From an uncultured delta proteobacterium (lineage in GTDB: Bacteria > Myxococcota_A > Polyangia > Fen-1088), in contig CAWCMR010000013.1 in assembly GCA_963796685.1 (NCBI GenBank), forward strand, positions 192,001 to 256,000: a stretch of 64,000 nucleotides of DNA, read 5' to 3'. The notes under the pieces are model-generated. The model had not been told where the DNA came from. It did not search any database and worked only from the letters and a program-made list of their open reading frames with translations. A program made the position numbers and the translations under genes. This document shows, piece by piece, positions 16,552 to 26,890 of this stretch; the stretch's first letter is position 1; each line of letters opens with the position of its first letter.

Positions 16552-17772
16552 CTAGATCGTCAACACTGCCCCCTCGGTCTGCTTGGGAGATTCACCGGCG
16601 GCGAGCTCGCCCAAGTAGTCCGCCCATCGTTGCATCATCGCCTTGCGCTCGGGAAGGAAGGCGGTGCGGTTGTAGGCGCGGCCGTTGGGATCGCGGACTG
16701 CGTGCGCAAGCTGCGCTTCGATCAGGTCCACGCGTTCGCCGAGGACCTCGTCAAGCAGGGTTCGGGCGGTCGCGCGGAACCCGTGGCCGCTCGCCGTGGC
16801 CTTGGCGATATCCAGGCGGCGAAGGGCGGCGTTGACCGCGGCGTCGGACATCGGCCGATCCCTGCTTCTCTGCGATGGGAACACGTAGGGGCACAAGCCA
16901 GTCAGTGGGTGCAGCTCGCGCAAGATGGCGACCGCCTGCTTGGCCAGGGGCACGATGTGCGGCGTCCCGGTCTTGCTGGCGGTGAAGCGCCACTCGGCCT
17001 TGGGAAGGTCGATGTCAGCCCACTTGGCCGCACGCAGTTCGCCGGGGCGGACGAAGAGCAGGGGGGCCAGCTTCAGCGCAGCGGCCACGATGGGCGTGCC
17101 CTCGTCGTACTTCCAGATCATGCGCAACAGGTCTGCCAGCTTCGCGGGCTCGGTTACCGCGGCCATGTGCTTGGCCTTCACCGGCGGCAAGGCGCCACGT
17201 AGGTCTGCCGTCGGGTCGCGTTCGGCGCGGGCGGTGGCGATGGCGTACCGGAAGATCTGCGAAAGGGCAATGCGCGTGCGGTGCGCGCTTTCTAGTCGCC
17301 CTCTGGCCTCGATACGTCGGAGCACGGCCAGCACTTCGGGGGGCGCGATCTGGCCGATGGGCCGCGACCCTATCCACGGGAATGCATCGTTCGTGAGCCT
17401 CGCGCGAACGCCGCGCGCATGGGACGGCACCCACGTACCTTCAAACCGCTTCAGCCACTCCTCGCCGACGGTTTGAAGGGTGTTGGCGCCTGCCTCCGCC
17501 GACGCAACCTTCGCTGCCTTCCGGTGCGCGCTGGGGTCGATACCGTCGCGAACCTGCTTGCGGGTTGCTTCCCGCTTCTCCCTGGCCTCGGCCAGCGTCG
17601 TCTCGGGATACGTGCCGAGCGATAGCAGCTTCTCTTTGCCGTCGAAGCGGTACTTGAGGCGCCACCACTTGCCGCCAGCCGGTGCAACCTCCAGATACAA
17701 CCCGCCGGTGTCGTAGAGGCGTGTCCTCTTTTCTGCCGGCTTGGCTTTCTTGCAGGCGGTGTCGGTCAGCAT
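16552..17772 (-). CDS. int: P4-like tyrosine integrase with N-terminal arm-binding domain
   Basis: LYDTGGLYLEV..KWWRLKYRF, VRPGE, HGFR, QLAH, RAYNR; adjacent to tRNA-Leu. Confidence 0.96.
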   Translation of the reverse strand: MLTDTACKKAKPAEKRTRLYDTGGLYLEVAPAGGKWWRLKYRFDGKEKLLSLGTYPETTLAEAREKREATRKQVRDGIDPSAHRKAAKVASAEAGANTLQTVGEEWLKRFEGTWVPSHARGVRARLTNDAFPWIGSRPIGQIAPPEVLAVLRRIEARGRLESAHRTRIALSQIFRYAIATARAERDPTADLRGALPPVKAKHMAAVTEPAKLADLLRMIWKYDEGTPIVAAALKLAPLLFVRPGELRAAKWADIDLPKAEWRFTASKTGTPHIVPLAKQAVAILRELHPLTGLCPYVFPSQRSRDRPMSDAAVNAALRRLDIAKATASGHGFRATARTLLDEVLGERVDLIEAQLAHAVRDPNGRAYNRTAFLPERKAMMQRWADYLGELAAGESPKQTEGAVLTI

Positions 17773-17819
17773 CTGGGGATCCTTTCGGCCCGGGAATCGA
17801 ACCCGCTAAGTTGGGGCTT

Positions 17820-17869
17820 TGGGGGTAACTGGTTTTGGAGTCGGCGAGTTACCCCCAAGGTTACCCCCA
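17820..17869. repeat. Putative integrase arm-type sites, right end
   Basis: TGGGGGTAAC 17820-17829 (inverted), GTTACCCCCA at 17848 and 17860. Confidence 0.8.
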
Positions 17870-17985
17870 CACGTTCACGGCTGTCAACAGACGCAGCCGG
17901 ACTCTAGCGGAGCCAAAGCGGCACTAAATAGCTGATTTCGCTAGATGCCGTGGACTCTCGCGGACAGTGACGGATTACCGCAGAG

Positions 17986-18070
17986 TGCCGGGGACGGGAC
18001 TCGAACCCGTACGCCGCTTTCGCGACAGCGGATTTTAAGTCCGCGGCGTCTACCATTTCGCCACCCCGGC
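17986..18070 (-). tRNA. tRNA-Leu (TAA); integration target
   Basis: GCCGGGG acceptor, GCGGA-CTTAAAA-TCCGC, long variable arm, GTTCGAGTC; CCA not encoded. Confidence 0.96.
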
Positions 18071-18091
18071 GGGAAGGCGATTGTACACCGG

Positions 18092-18733
18092 CTAGAGGCT
18101 GCGCAAACGGGCGTCGGCAAGCCCCGCTGGCGGAGCGACGTGCACCTGCCGCCCCTCCACCCTGACCTGGCCGCTGGCCATGGCACGGACCACGGCGGGG
18201 AGCAGCCGGTGCTCTTCGCCGAGGATGCGCTTGCCAAGGGACTCCTCATCGTCCCCGGGCAGCACCGGGACCGCGGCCTGGGCGATGATGGGGCCGGTGT
18301 CGGTGCCTTTGTCCACGAAGTGCACGGTGCAGCCGGCGAGCTTGACCCCGCCATCGAGTGCCTGTTTCTGCGCGTGCACGCCGGGAAAGGCGGGAAGGAG
18401 GGCAGGGTGGATGTTGATGACACGTTGGGGAAAGGCGTCGAGAAACGCGCCGGTCAGGACGCGCATGAATCCGGCCAGCACGACGAGCTCGACGTCGCGA
18501 CTGCGCAGCTCGGCGGCCAGCGCGCGGTCGAAATCCTCGCGCGCGGCAAAGGCCTTGTGCGAGAGCACGAAGGCTTGGATGCCGGCTTTCTGCGCGCGTT
18601 CGAGCGCGAGGCAGCCGGGAACGTTGGCCCCGACCACGACCAGCTCGGCGGGACTCAGTGCCCCGTTTTGCCAGGCGTCGACCAGCGCCTGCAGATTGGT
18701 CCCACTGCCCGAGGCGAGGACGCCTGTTCTCAC
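18092..18733 (-). CDS. purN: Phosphoribosylglycinamide formyltransferase
   Basis: SGSGTNLQA, LAGFMRVL, NIHPALLP, GCTVHFVD. Confidence 0.96.
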   Translation of the reverse strand: MRTGVLASGSGTNLQALVDAWQNGALSPAELVVVGANVPGCLALERAQKAGIQAFVLSHKAFAAREDFDRALAAELRSRDVELVVLAGFMRVLTGAFLDAFPQRVINIHPALLPAFPGVHAQKQALDGGVKLAGCTVHFVDKGTDTGPIIAQAAVPVLPGDDEESLGKRILGEEHRLLPAVVRAMASGQVRVEGRQVHVAPPAGLADARLRSL

Positions 18734-19800
18734 GCGATGAACTCCACCGGCGCATCCGCTTCGTCCGAGCGTTCGACCGAGCCGATGGTGAAGACCTTCT
18801 CACCTTCGAGCTCGAGGATGGACTGGGCGGCGTCGGCGGCACCGGCCGGCACCGCGACGATCATGCCGATGCCCATGTTGAAGGTGCGGCGCATCTCCTC
18901 GGGTGCGACGCGGCCGAGGCGCGCCAGCATGGCGAACACGGGCGGCGGCTGCCACGTGCGCAGATCGATCTGCAGTTTCAGCTTGGCCCCGGCGGCGAAC
19001 ATGCGCGTGGGATTGTCGACCAGACCTCCCCCGGTGATGTGGGCCGCCCCCTTCATCAGGCCCGAGGCGGCCAGGCGGCGCAAGGCCCTGACGTAGATGC
19101 GGGTCGGGCACAGCAGCGCCTCGCCCAACGTGACTTTCAGATCGGCCGGCTTGCTGCCGAGGTCCAGGCCGGCATGGTCGAGAAACACCCGGCGCACCAG
19201 CGAATAGCCGTTGGAGTGAAAGCCGCTCGAGCCCAGGCCGAGCAGGACGTCGCCGGGTTCGAGGGTGCTGCCGCCTATGACCTTGTCCTTGTCGACCACG
19301 CCCACGCAGAAACCGGCAAGGTCGTATTCGCCTGCGGCGTAGAAGCCGGGGAACTCGGCAGTCTCTCCGCCGATGAGCGCGCAGCCGGCCTGCTTGCAGC
19401 CGTCGGCGATGCCCGAGATGACCTGCTCGGCGACCCCGACTTCCAGGTGTCCGGCCGCGAAGTAGTCGAGGAAGAGCAGGGGCTCGGCGCCGCACACGAC
19501 CAGGTCGTTGGCGTTCATCGCCACCAGGTCGATGCCCACGGTGTCGTGCTTGTTCAGCATGAATGCCAACTTGAGCTTGGTGCCCACGCCATCGGTGCAC
19601 GCCACCAGAAGCGGGTTCTTGTAGCCCTTGGGCAGTCCACACAGGCCGGCGAAGCCGCCCAGGTTGCTCAGGACCTCGGGTCGCATGGTGCGCTTGACGT
19701 GGCCCTTGATGCGCTCGACCAGGGCGTCGCCCGCGTCGATGTCGACACCCGCTTCGCGGTAGGTGAGACCCTGCTTTGGCTTGTCAGACTCGCTCGACAT
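18730..19800 (-). CDS. purM: AIR synthase
   Basis: YREAGVDI, DGVGTK, GGETAE, HSNGYS, HITGGG, TFNMGIG. Confidence 0.97.
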   Translation of the reverse strand: MSSESDKPKQGLTYREAGVDIDAGDALVERIKGHVKRTMRPEVLSNLGGFAGLCGLPKGYKNPLLVACTDGVGTKLKLAFMLNKHDTVGIDLVAMNANDLVVCGAEPLLFLDYFAAGHLEVGVAEQVISGIADGCKQAGCALIGGETAEFPGFYAAGEYDLAGFCVGVVDKDKVIGGSTLEPGDVLLGLGSSGFHSNGYSLVRRVFLDHAGLDLGSKPADLKVTLGEALLCPTRIYVRALRRLAASGLMKGAAHITGGGLVDNPTRMFAAGAKLKLQIDLRTWQPPPVFAMLARLGRVAPEEMRRTFNMGIGMIVAVPAGAADAAQSILELEGEKVFTIGSVERSDEADAPVEFIA

Positions 19801-19803
19801 GGC

Positions 19804-20229
19804 TTACTCCTTGCCCATCAACGTGGCCACGACGGTTCGGCTACCGCCGTCGTCGCGATGCTCGCCTAGATAAACGCCCTGCCACGTGCCGAGAAGCAGG
19901 CGCCCGTCTTTGACCGGAATGGTCAGGGACGTACCATAGATGCCGGACTTGAGGTGGGCGGGCATATCGTCCGCTCCCTCCACGGTGTGCACGAAGTAAC
20001 TGGCACCATCGGGGATTGCCCGGTCGCTCCAGTGTTCGAAGTCCCGCCGCACATCGGGGTCGGCGTTCTCGTTCAGGAAGAGCGAGGCCGAGGTGTGCTG
20101 CAGAAACAGGTTCAGGATGCCCGTGCCCGCCTTCGCGATCTCGGGTAGTGCCGCAAGGATCTCGCTCGTCACGAGGTGAAACCCGCGCGGGCGCGACTTG
20201 AGTCTGACGATGGCTTGATGGAAGATCAC
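19804..20229 (-). CDS. yjbQ: YjbQ/UPF0047 family protein
   Basis: HTSASL, NENADPDV, DMPAHLK, LGTWQGVY. Confidence 0.92.
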   Translation of the reverse strand: MIFHQAIVRLKSRPRGFHLVTSEILAALPEIAKAGTGILNLFLQHTSASLFLNENADPDVRRDFEHWSDRAIPDGASYFVHTVEGADDMPAHLKSGIYGTSLTIPVKDGRLLLGTWQGVYLGEHRDDGGSRTVVATLMGKE

Positions 20230-20381
20230 GTTCGCTCGACTTTTCGCGCGTCCATGGTCACTTTGTAAAGAGAGGAGTTGGCGGGAAGAATTCGGGCCGC
20301 TCACGGGTTTTACGCATAGGATCACTCGGCCGTGCCGCCAGCGTGGCGCGGCAACAAGGGATAACCTGAAGAAGGACGACC

Positions 20382-21915
20382 ATGCGCAAGACGAGAGTGC
20401 TTTATTCCACGGGATTGGGAATCATCGTGCTGGCCGCGGGCTTGGGAATCGGCCTGCGGGCCACCTCGGGAACGGAGGCTCAGACCCAGGGAGCCATCAC
20501 GCCCAAGACCCAGGTGCCGCAGGAAGCCCGCTCGCTGTCGCAGGCGTTCGCCAGCACGGCGCGGGCTCTGCGGCCCAGCGTGGTGCGGCTCGACATCGTG
20601 ATGGAGGCCCCGAAGGTAAGCGGCGGCCGGCGTTTTCGCAGCGACGATGTCCCGCCCGAGATGGAGCACTTCTTCGAGCACTTCTTCGGCGGCGGCGGAG
20701 GAGAAGGGTTTCCCATGCCTTCGACGCCGGGCCGAGGCACCGGCTCCGGCGTGGTGCTCGACAGCAAGGGGGACATCATCACCAACAGCCACGTGGCGGA
20801 GCACGCGGCCAAGGTCACCGTGACTTTCGCCGATGGGCGTGAGTTCCAGGCCAAGGTCGTGGGCACCGATCCCAAGACCGATATCGCCGTGGTACGCATC
20901 GAGAACCCGCCCAAGGGATTGGTGGCGGCTCGCCTCGGCGATTCGAGCAAGCTCGAAGTCGGCGAATGGGTGCTCGCCATCGGCAGCCCGCTCGGTCTCG
21001 ATCAAAGCGTCACGGCCGGCATCATCAGCGGCATGGGGAAGGTCACGCGCAACGTCCATATGTCCGGCGAGCGCGTGCGCAAGTACATTCAGACCGACGC
21101 CAAGATCAATCCCGGCAACTCGGGTGGTCCGCTGGTCAATCTGCAAGGGGAGGTCATCGGCATCAACACGCTGATCAATGTCGGTCCGGGCGGCGCCTAT
21201 GGCTTCGCCATTCCCATCGATCAGGCGCGCGAGATGGCCATGGATATCATCGCCGATGGTCGGGTTCACCATGCGTGGATGGGCGTGGCCATCGGCGATA
21301 TCAAGGATGGGGTCCGGCTTAGTGACGACGGCGAGCCGGAACAGCAGGCGAAGCCCGGCAAGGGGATGCCTGCCAAGGCGGCCTGGGTTAGCCGCGTGAT
21401 GCCGAACAGCCCGGCCGACAAGGCCGGTATCCGCGTGGGCGACGTGATCACGCAGATCGACGGGCAGAAGGTCGAGAGCGCGACCGATGTGGTCGACTAC
21501 GTGGCCGGCAAGAAGGTCGGCGCGAAGTTGACGGTTTCCCTGCTCCGCGACGGCAAATCGTCCAAGGCGCAGGCTGACCTTGGGCGAGCTTCCGGCCAAC
21601 CCGTACGCGCTCGAGGAGCCCCGGGTTACCAAGGAGAAGATCGGCGCTCAACTGCAGACCTTGACCCCCGAGATGGCAAGCGCGCTTGGACTCGCGCCCG
21701 ATGCCAAGGGCGCGGTCGTGACCGATGTGGAGCCGAATAGCGTCGCGGCCAAGGCGGGACTGCAGCCCGAGGATCTCATCGTCGAGGTCGACCGCAAGCC
21801 GGTCGCCGGGGCCGATGAGGCCGCAGCAGCGCTGCACGCGAGCGGCAAGACCACACACCTGCTCAAGATTCATCGTGGCGGAGCCTATCTCTTCGTGACG
21901 GTGGGCAAGCCGTAG
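20382..21915 (+). CDS. HtrA/DegP serine protease with two PDZ domains; +1 frameshift near 21580
   Basis: GSGV, TNSHV, TDIAV, INPGNSGGPL; second PDZ in ORF 21580-21915. Confidence 0.92.
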
Positions 21916-21939
21916 CCGCCGGCACCGAAGGGCCACCCG

Positions 21940-23391
21940 TCAGCGTGGAACGCTACCGGATGGGCCGCCGTCGCTCGGCTGCAGGGAGGCCGGCGGCGAT
22001 TTGGGCAGATCGAGCGTGAAGATCACGCGGGCGTCGGCCCAAGTCGAAATGCCCAACGTTCCTCCCATCATGCGCACGATCTCGCGGGCCGGCCAAAGTT
22101 GGACCGCCAACCGCTCGTAATCGGACTCGCCCGACGGCCCGTAGGCCAGCGTGCGCACGCGCTCGCCGCTGTCGGACAGCGAGGGCGCATGGGGCAGGGT
22201 GAATTCGAGGCGAACACGCGCGAATTGTCGCAAATCGTCGAGGCGTAAACGGACGCGGGCATCGTAGCCTTGCTCGCGCGCGGTTCGAATCAACGAATAG
22301 AACAGCCGGGTGAGGCGTAAACGGTCCCAGGTGCCGACGATGCGCGCGGCGCCTTCCAGGGTCACCTCGACTTGGTCGCCTGCTTGGTCTTCGCATAGCT
22401 CGCCGATGGCGACGCGTGCCACCTCGACGAGGTTGAGGTCCTCGGGGCGCAGGACGACTTGCATCTGAAGAAAGGCGGCGATTTCGTCCAGGCCGCGCGA
22501 AAGCCTGGATACGGCGGCAAGATGTTCGTCGCAAGTTTCCAGCTCGGCATGGCATGGCTCGAAGCGCGGGTCCTTGGCCAGCTCGTCGAGCCGGGAGCAC
22601 ATGGCGGGGATGGGGCGGGCGAGCCAACGCGCCGCGGTGATGACGAGGCGATCACGTGCCTCGACGGCGCGGCTGAGCATCGCGATCTGTTGCCGTTGCT
22701 CGGCATCGCGCCTGCTTGCGCGCGAGCTTTCCAGGATCAAGGCCGCGCTCTCGGCCTCGAGAAGGTCGTGGGCGGTGGCGGACTCGAGAATCGTGGTGGC
22801 CATCCAGGCCGCTCGCTTGCCCGCGTGCTTGAAGTAGGGGTTCGCGCAGAGACGTCCGGCGATGATGGCGACCTCGTGGGTGGCCAGCGCAACCTCCAAC
22901 AAGGCCGGGTCGTCCGCGTTCTGCTCGAAAGTGCACAAGCAGGTTGCGTGAAGGTCTTCGCAGACTCGGGTCAACACATTCTCGATCGCCTCGAGTTGCC
23001 CACGCTCAACCGTCGATCGGACCTTGGTGCCGGGGTCGCTGGCGATGCGCAGCCCTACGTAGCCGTCCGTGCGCGCCGAAGCGACAGCGGCTTGCATCGC
23101 GGCAGTGTAGGCGCCTTCGCTCGATTGGGGCGGTGGAACCTGCGCGACATCGACCAGGACCAGCGAGCCGCGCTCGCGCAGCACCGACACGGGAACGCCT
23201 CTGCGCTCGAGATGCGGCGCCAGCGTTGCGAAACCCGCGTCCTGTCCCCAGTAAATGCAGCGCTCGCCGCGCACAAGCCCATCGTGGATGAACCCCGCAA
23301 CGATCCCGTGCCTCTCTTCCTCGAGCGCGTAGGGCAAGCAGACGTGACCACCTGACTTCAATGACAGGAAGTCATTTGGCGCTCCACTCAT
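21940..23391 (-). CDS. MEDS sensory domain fused to degenerate histidine-kinase module
   Basis: GGHVCLPY..GLVRGERCIY, GYVGLRI, LATH..NPYF; WDRLRL and MMGGTL..FTLDLP remnants without H/N/G boxes. Confidence 0.75.
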   Translation of the reverse strand: MSGAPNDFLSLKSGGHVCLPYALEEERHGIVAGFIHDGLVRGERCIYWGQDAGFATLAPHLERRGVPVSVLRERGSLVLVDVAQVPPPQSSEGAYTAAMQAAVASARTDGYVGLRIASDPGTKVRSTVERGQLEAIENVLTRVCEDLHATCLCTFEQNADDPALLEVALATHEVAIIAGRLCANPYFKHAGKRAAWMATTILESATAHDLLEAESAALILESSRASRRDAEQRQQIAMLSRAVEARDRLVITAARWLARPIPAMCSRLDELAKDPRFEPCHAELETCDEHLAAVSRLSRGLDEIAAFLQMQVVLRPEDLNLVEVARVAIGELCEDQAGDQVEVTLEGAARIVGTWDRLRLTRLFYSLIRTAREQGYDARVRLRLDDLRQFARVRLEFTLPHAPSLSDSGERVRTLAYGPSGESDYERLAVQLWPAREIVRMMGGTLGISTWADARVIFTLDLPKSPPASLQPSDGGPSGSVPR

Positions 23392-23520
23392 CCTCTCTCC
23401 CAAATTCCGCGCATGGCGCAAACACCCAAGCCGCTGAAAGTCAGCAGGGCAATGACCCCACCAATCAGAGGATTATCACTGAATGCTCGGACCCCGGTCA
23501 ATAGAGGACTGAGGAGGTTC

Positions 23521-24087
23521 CTATGTGTGGACTTGATCGACCGGCGGCGAACGGCGTGTGTCGCCGATGGCCTTGAAGGCGGATGGTACGTCGATGAGGG
23601 TCAGGCGTTCAAGCCATGCGCCGCCCGGCTGTTCGCTCTTTTCGAGGGCGTCCAAGAAGCATCGTACGGCGCGGTCGGGCCGAATGAGGTCGACGTCGCG
23701 GCCGGGAAGGGCCATGGCCACGCTGCTGGCTCCGATGCCACGCAGGGCTTGCAAGCTGCAATCGACGGTGGCGCGGAATGCGTCTTCGTCAAACGCGGTG
23801 CTCAGTCCAGCACCGACGGCGAGCACGCGGCGCCAAGGAACTCGACTGGTGACGAGGAGCAGCTTTTCGCAGGGAGCTCCCGACACGCGGCCATCGCGGA
23901 TCATCTGCGAGAGTCGCCCACAAAGTCGCCAGTCCAGGAGTCCCGCCGCTCCGCGCAGAGGACGAACGTCGCTCCACACAGGTACCACCAGGGCATCGCC
24001 GCCCGGACCGCGATCCCAGCGGGACAGGTCGACTGGCAGAAAAGCGATGGGGGGCGTCGAACCCGGCATGAGCGCGTTCCTTGCCAC
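23521..24087 (-). CDS. Peptidase M17 N-terminal-like domain protein
   Basis: DVRPLRGAAGLLDWRLCGRLS motif. Confidence 0.75.
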   Translation of the reverse strand: MARNALMPGSTPPIAFLPVDLSRWDRGPGGDALVVPVWSDVRPLRGAAGLLDWRLCGRLSQMIRDGRVSGAPCEKLLLVTSRVPWRRVLAVGAGLSTAFDEDAFRATVDCSLQALRGIGASSVAMALPGRDVDLIRPDRAVRCFLDALEKSEQPGGAWLERLTLIDVPSAFKAIGDTRRSPPVDQVHT

Positions 24088-24090
24088 AGA

Positions 24091-24582
24091 CTAGGGATGT
24101 TGGCCCAGGAGCTCCAGCGCGGAATCGAGCAGACCGTTGACGAAGGCGGGGGCCTCTTCGGCGCCGAAGCGCTTGGCCAGCTCGATGGCTTCGCTCAAGG
24201 CGACGCGGGCCGGGGTTTCCTTGCGGTGGCCGAGCTCGTAGATCCCCATGCGAAGGATGGTGCGATCCACGCGGGCCAGGCGCTCGACGCGCCACTTGCG
24301 CGACAGCTTGGCCAGCATCTCGTCGATCTCGGTCCGATGCGCACACACGCCACGAATGAGATCGATGGTCAGCTCTTCATCGAAGGGCGCGACGGGGGCG
24401 GCGTCGTGCCCGATGGCGGCGTAGCTCGAAACCGGCTCGGGCGTGAGGTCGGTTTCTTCCTCCGGCACGCCGAACTGGTGCAGGTGCGAGGCCAGCGCTG
24501 CGGCCGGATCGAGCACGTCGGTGCCGTCCAGGGCATACAGCACCTGCAGGGCGACGCATCGGGCGCGGCGGCGTGGGGTCAT
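24091..24582 (-). CDS. nusB: Transcription antitermination factor NusB
   Basis: RRRAR..ALQVLY, VDRTILR, EAIELAKRFG, FVNGLLD. Confidence 0.95.
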   Translation of the reverse strand: MTPRRRARCVALQVLYALDGTDVLDPAAALASHLHQFGVPEEETDLTPEPVSSYAAIGHDAAPVAPFDEELTIDLIRGVCAHRTEIDEMLAKLSRKWRVERLARVDRTILRMGIYELGHRKETPARVALSEAIELAKRFGAEEAPAFVNGLLDSALELLGQHP

Positions 24583-25103
24583 TTCCCTTTGGACTTTTTC
24601 GCGTTGGTCGCGGCTGGCGCTTCGCCCTTGCTGTCGCCATCGAGCGCGGAATAGAGGTTTGCCATCTCGATGGCCGCCATGGTCGCGTCAGAGCCGCGAT
24701 TGCCGCCCTTGCTGCCCGATCGCTCGATGGCTTGCTCGATGCTGTCGCAGGTGAGCACGCCAAAGCCGATCGCCAGCTTCGCCTCGGACGCGATGCCGGC
24801 GATGCCGCGCGTGACCTGGTTGACGATGACGTCGAAGTGCGGAGTCGCGCCACGGATGACCACCCCCAGGCATACCAAGGCATCGAATTTGCCCGAGTCG
24901 GCGACCTTGCGGGCGAGCCCGGTCAGCTCGAACGCCCCGGGGCAGCGGAAGACCTCGATGGCGTCGTCCTCGGCTCCGGTCTTGGCCAGGGCATCCAGCG
25001 CGCCTTCGATGAGCTTGTCCGCGATGAACTCGTTCCAGCGTGAAGCGATGATGGCGAACCGCTTGCCCTTGGCGCTCCAGGTACCTTGATGGATGTGCGG
25101 CAT
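24579..25103 (-). CDS. ribH: Lumazine synthase
   Basis: PGAFE, LGVVIRGATPHFD, FGVLT, QAIERSG. Confidence 0.96.
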   Translation of the reverse strand: MPHIHQGTWSAKGKRFAIIASRWNEFIADKLIEGALDALAKTGAEDDAIEVFRCPGAFELTGLARKVADSGKFDALVCLGVVIRGATPHFDVIVNQVTRGIAGIASEAKLAIGFGVLTCDSIEQAIERSGSKGGNRGSDATMAAIEMANLYSALDGDSKGEAPAATNAKKSKGK

Positions 25104-26257
25104 TACTTGGCCTCTCTTTCATGGAGCGAAACCACCCCGGAGGGTGGGCCGCTTGGGACGCATTCCACAACGTGTATACCGTAACCCTCGATCCCCGCCA
25201 GTCTTCGCGGGTTGTTGGTGAGCAAACGGATTGATCGGATGCCCATTTGCACCAGGACCTGCGATCCCAGTCCGATGTCGCGCAGGGGGGCGTCGGTCGG
25301 TCCCGCCGCGACGGACACTTCGCCAAGCTCGGAGGCGAACGAATGGCCGCCCCGAGGCAGAATGTAGAGCATCACCCCTCGACCCTCGCGCTCGATGCGC
25401 TTCAGCCAGTCGGTGGCCGGCACCGTGTCCCCAGGATGGGTAAAGGAAAAGAGATCGCGCAGCAGGCTTGCAACCTGCACGCGTACGAGAACCGCGTCGC
25501 CCGTCGTCGCATCGCCCAGCGAGAGCGCCAGGTACTCGGCATCGTCGACCTCGCTGGCGAAAAGGGTGGCCTTGTACGTGCCTTGAAGTCCATGCCCATG
25601 CGGCTTGATCTCGGTTTCGGCCACGCGGCGCACGAGCACCTCTTGCGCCAACCGGTACTGGATGAGATCCGCGATTTGCACGATGCCGAGCCCATGGCGA
25701 ACGGCAAACGCCTCGAGATCCGCCACGCGTGCCATCTCGCCATCCTCGCGCATGATCTCGCAGATGACTCCGGCCGCGGTTCGGCCCGCCAGACGGGCCA
25801 GATCCACGGCGCCCTCGGTGTGTCCCGAGCGCACGAGAACGCCGCCGCGCTTGGCCCGCAACGGGAAGATGTGTCCGGGCGTGACCAGATCTTCCGATTT
25901 GGTCTCGGGCGAGACGGCGACGCGGACGGTGTGCGCGCGCTCGCGGGCCGAGATGCCGGTGCTGATGCCCGTCTTGGCGTCGATGCTGACCGTGAAGGCG
26001 GTCCCGTGGGGCGAGCGATTGTCGTGGGTCATCATGGGCAGGCGCAGCTCCTCGACCCGCTCTTCGGTGAGCGCCAAGCAGATGAGCCCACGGCCCTGGC
26101 CGGCCATGAAGTTGATGGCCTCGGGGGTGACCAGATCCGCGGCCATGGTGAGGTCGCCTTCGTTCTCCCGATCCTGGTCGTCGACGACGATGACCAACTT
26201 GCCGGCGCGGATGTGTTCGATGGCCTGGGGCACGGAGATGTGGGGACTAGCGGGCAT
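25103..26257 (-). CDS. ribB: DHBP synthase with degenerate GTP cyclohydrolase II domain (RibBX-like)
   Basis: [19 protein letters not shown]; C-domain LLTNNP but no zinc-binding Cys. Confidence 0.9.
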   Translation of the reverse strand: MPASPHISVPQAIEHIRAGKLVIVVDDQDRENEGDLTMAADLVTPEAINFMAGQGRGLICLALTEERVEELRLPMMTHDNRSPHGTAFTVSIDAKTGISTGISARERAHTVRVAVSPETKSEDLVTPGHIFPLRAKRGGVLVRSGHTEGAVDLARLAGRTAAGVICEIMREDGEMARVADLEAFAVRHGLGIVQIADLIQYRLAQEVLVRRVAETEIKPHGHGLQGTYKATLFASEVDDAEYLALSLGDATTGDAVLVRVQVASLLRDLFSFTHPGDTVPATDWLKRIEREGRGVMLYILPRGGHSFASELGEVSVAAGPTDAPLRDIGLGSQVLVQMGIRSIRLLTNNPRRLAGIEGYGIHVVECVPSGPPSGVVSLHEREAK

Positions 26258-26858
26258 GGATCCTTTCGACGAAGCGGGCGACTTGCTTGGCGATCATGTC
26301 GGCTTCGAGATTGACACGGCTGCCGGCGCGAAGCTCGCCGAGGAGTGTGACTGCAAGGGTGTGGGGAATGAGGAGAACCTCGAACGAGGAACCCTGGACC
26401 TGGTTCAGGGTCAGACTCACGCCATCGATGGCGATGGAGCCCTTCTTGAAAAGATAGGTCGCGAGCTCGTCGGGCGCGGCCACGCGCAGGGCGAGGGTGT
26501 CGGCTTGCTTGCGCGCGCTCTCGACGCGGCCGGTGCCGTCGACGTGGCCGCTGACCATGTGGCCACCCACGGAATCGCCCAGGCGTAACGCCGGTTCGAG
26601 GTGCACGCGGCTGCCGGGGCCAAGAGCGCCCAAGGTTGTACAGGCGAGGGTTTCGGGGCCGAGGTCGGCCTGGAACGTCGACGGGCGTCCCGCTCGACGG
26701 GCCACGATGGTCAGGCACGCGCCGTTGACCGCGATGCTGGCGCCGAGGGGCAGCTTGCCGACTTCCAAGGCGGTCTTCACCGTCAATCGGCGCGTCCCGC
26801 CCGCGCTTGCACGCAACGACTCGACCTTGCCCAATCCTTCGACGATGCCGGTAAACAC
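26247..26858 (-). CDS. ribE: Riboflavin synthase
   Basis: [29 protein letters not shown]. Confidence 0.96.
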   Translation of the reverse strand: MFTGIVEGLGKVESLRASAGGTRRLTVKTALEVGKLPLGASIAVNGACLTIVARRAGRPSTFQADLGPETLACTTLGALGPGSRVHLEPALRLGDSVGGHMVSGHVDGTGRVESARKQADTLALRVAAPDELATYLFKKGSIAIDGVSLTLNQVQGSSFEVLLIPHTLAVTLLGELRAGSRVNLEADMIAKQVARFVERIHAR

Positions 26859-26890
26859 GTTGTAAAGCCTGATTCAATTCGCTGCGGTTG

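Larger units (their letters stand above)
6089..17996 (-). mobile_element. Integrated phage-satellite/PICI-like element (~11.9 kb) at tRNA-Leu
   Basis: Direct repeat GTGCCGGGGACG at 6089-6100 and 17985-17996 (tRNA 3' end); int, alpA, rep, dnaB, terS-like all on one strand; no virion structural genes recognised. Confidence 0.88.

Noticed and set aside
6089-17996. Complete prophage or capsid-forming PICI
   Set aside because: No major capsid, portal, large terminase, protease domain, tail or lysis gene recognisable
17986-18070. bldA-like regulation through the rare-codon tRNA-Leu(TAA)
   Set aside because: Integration leaves the tRNA intact; one TTA codon noticed in hlyD (54008) is not evidence without genome-wide counts
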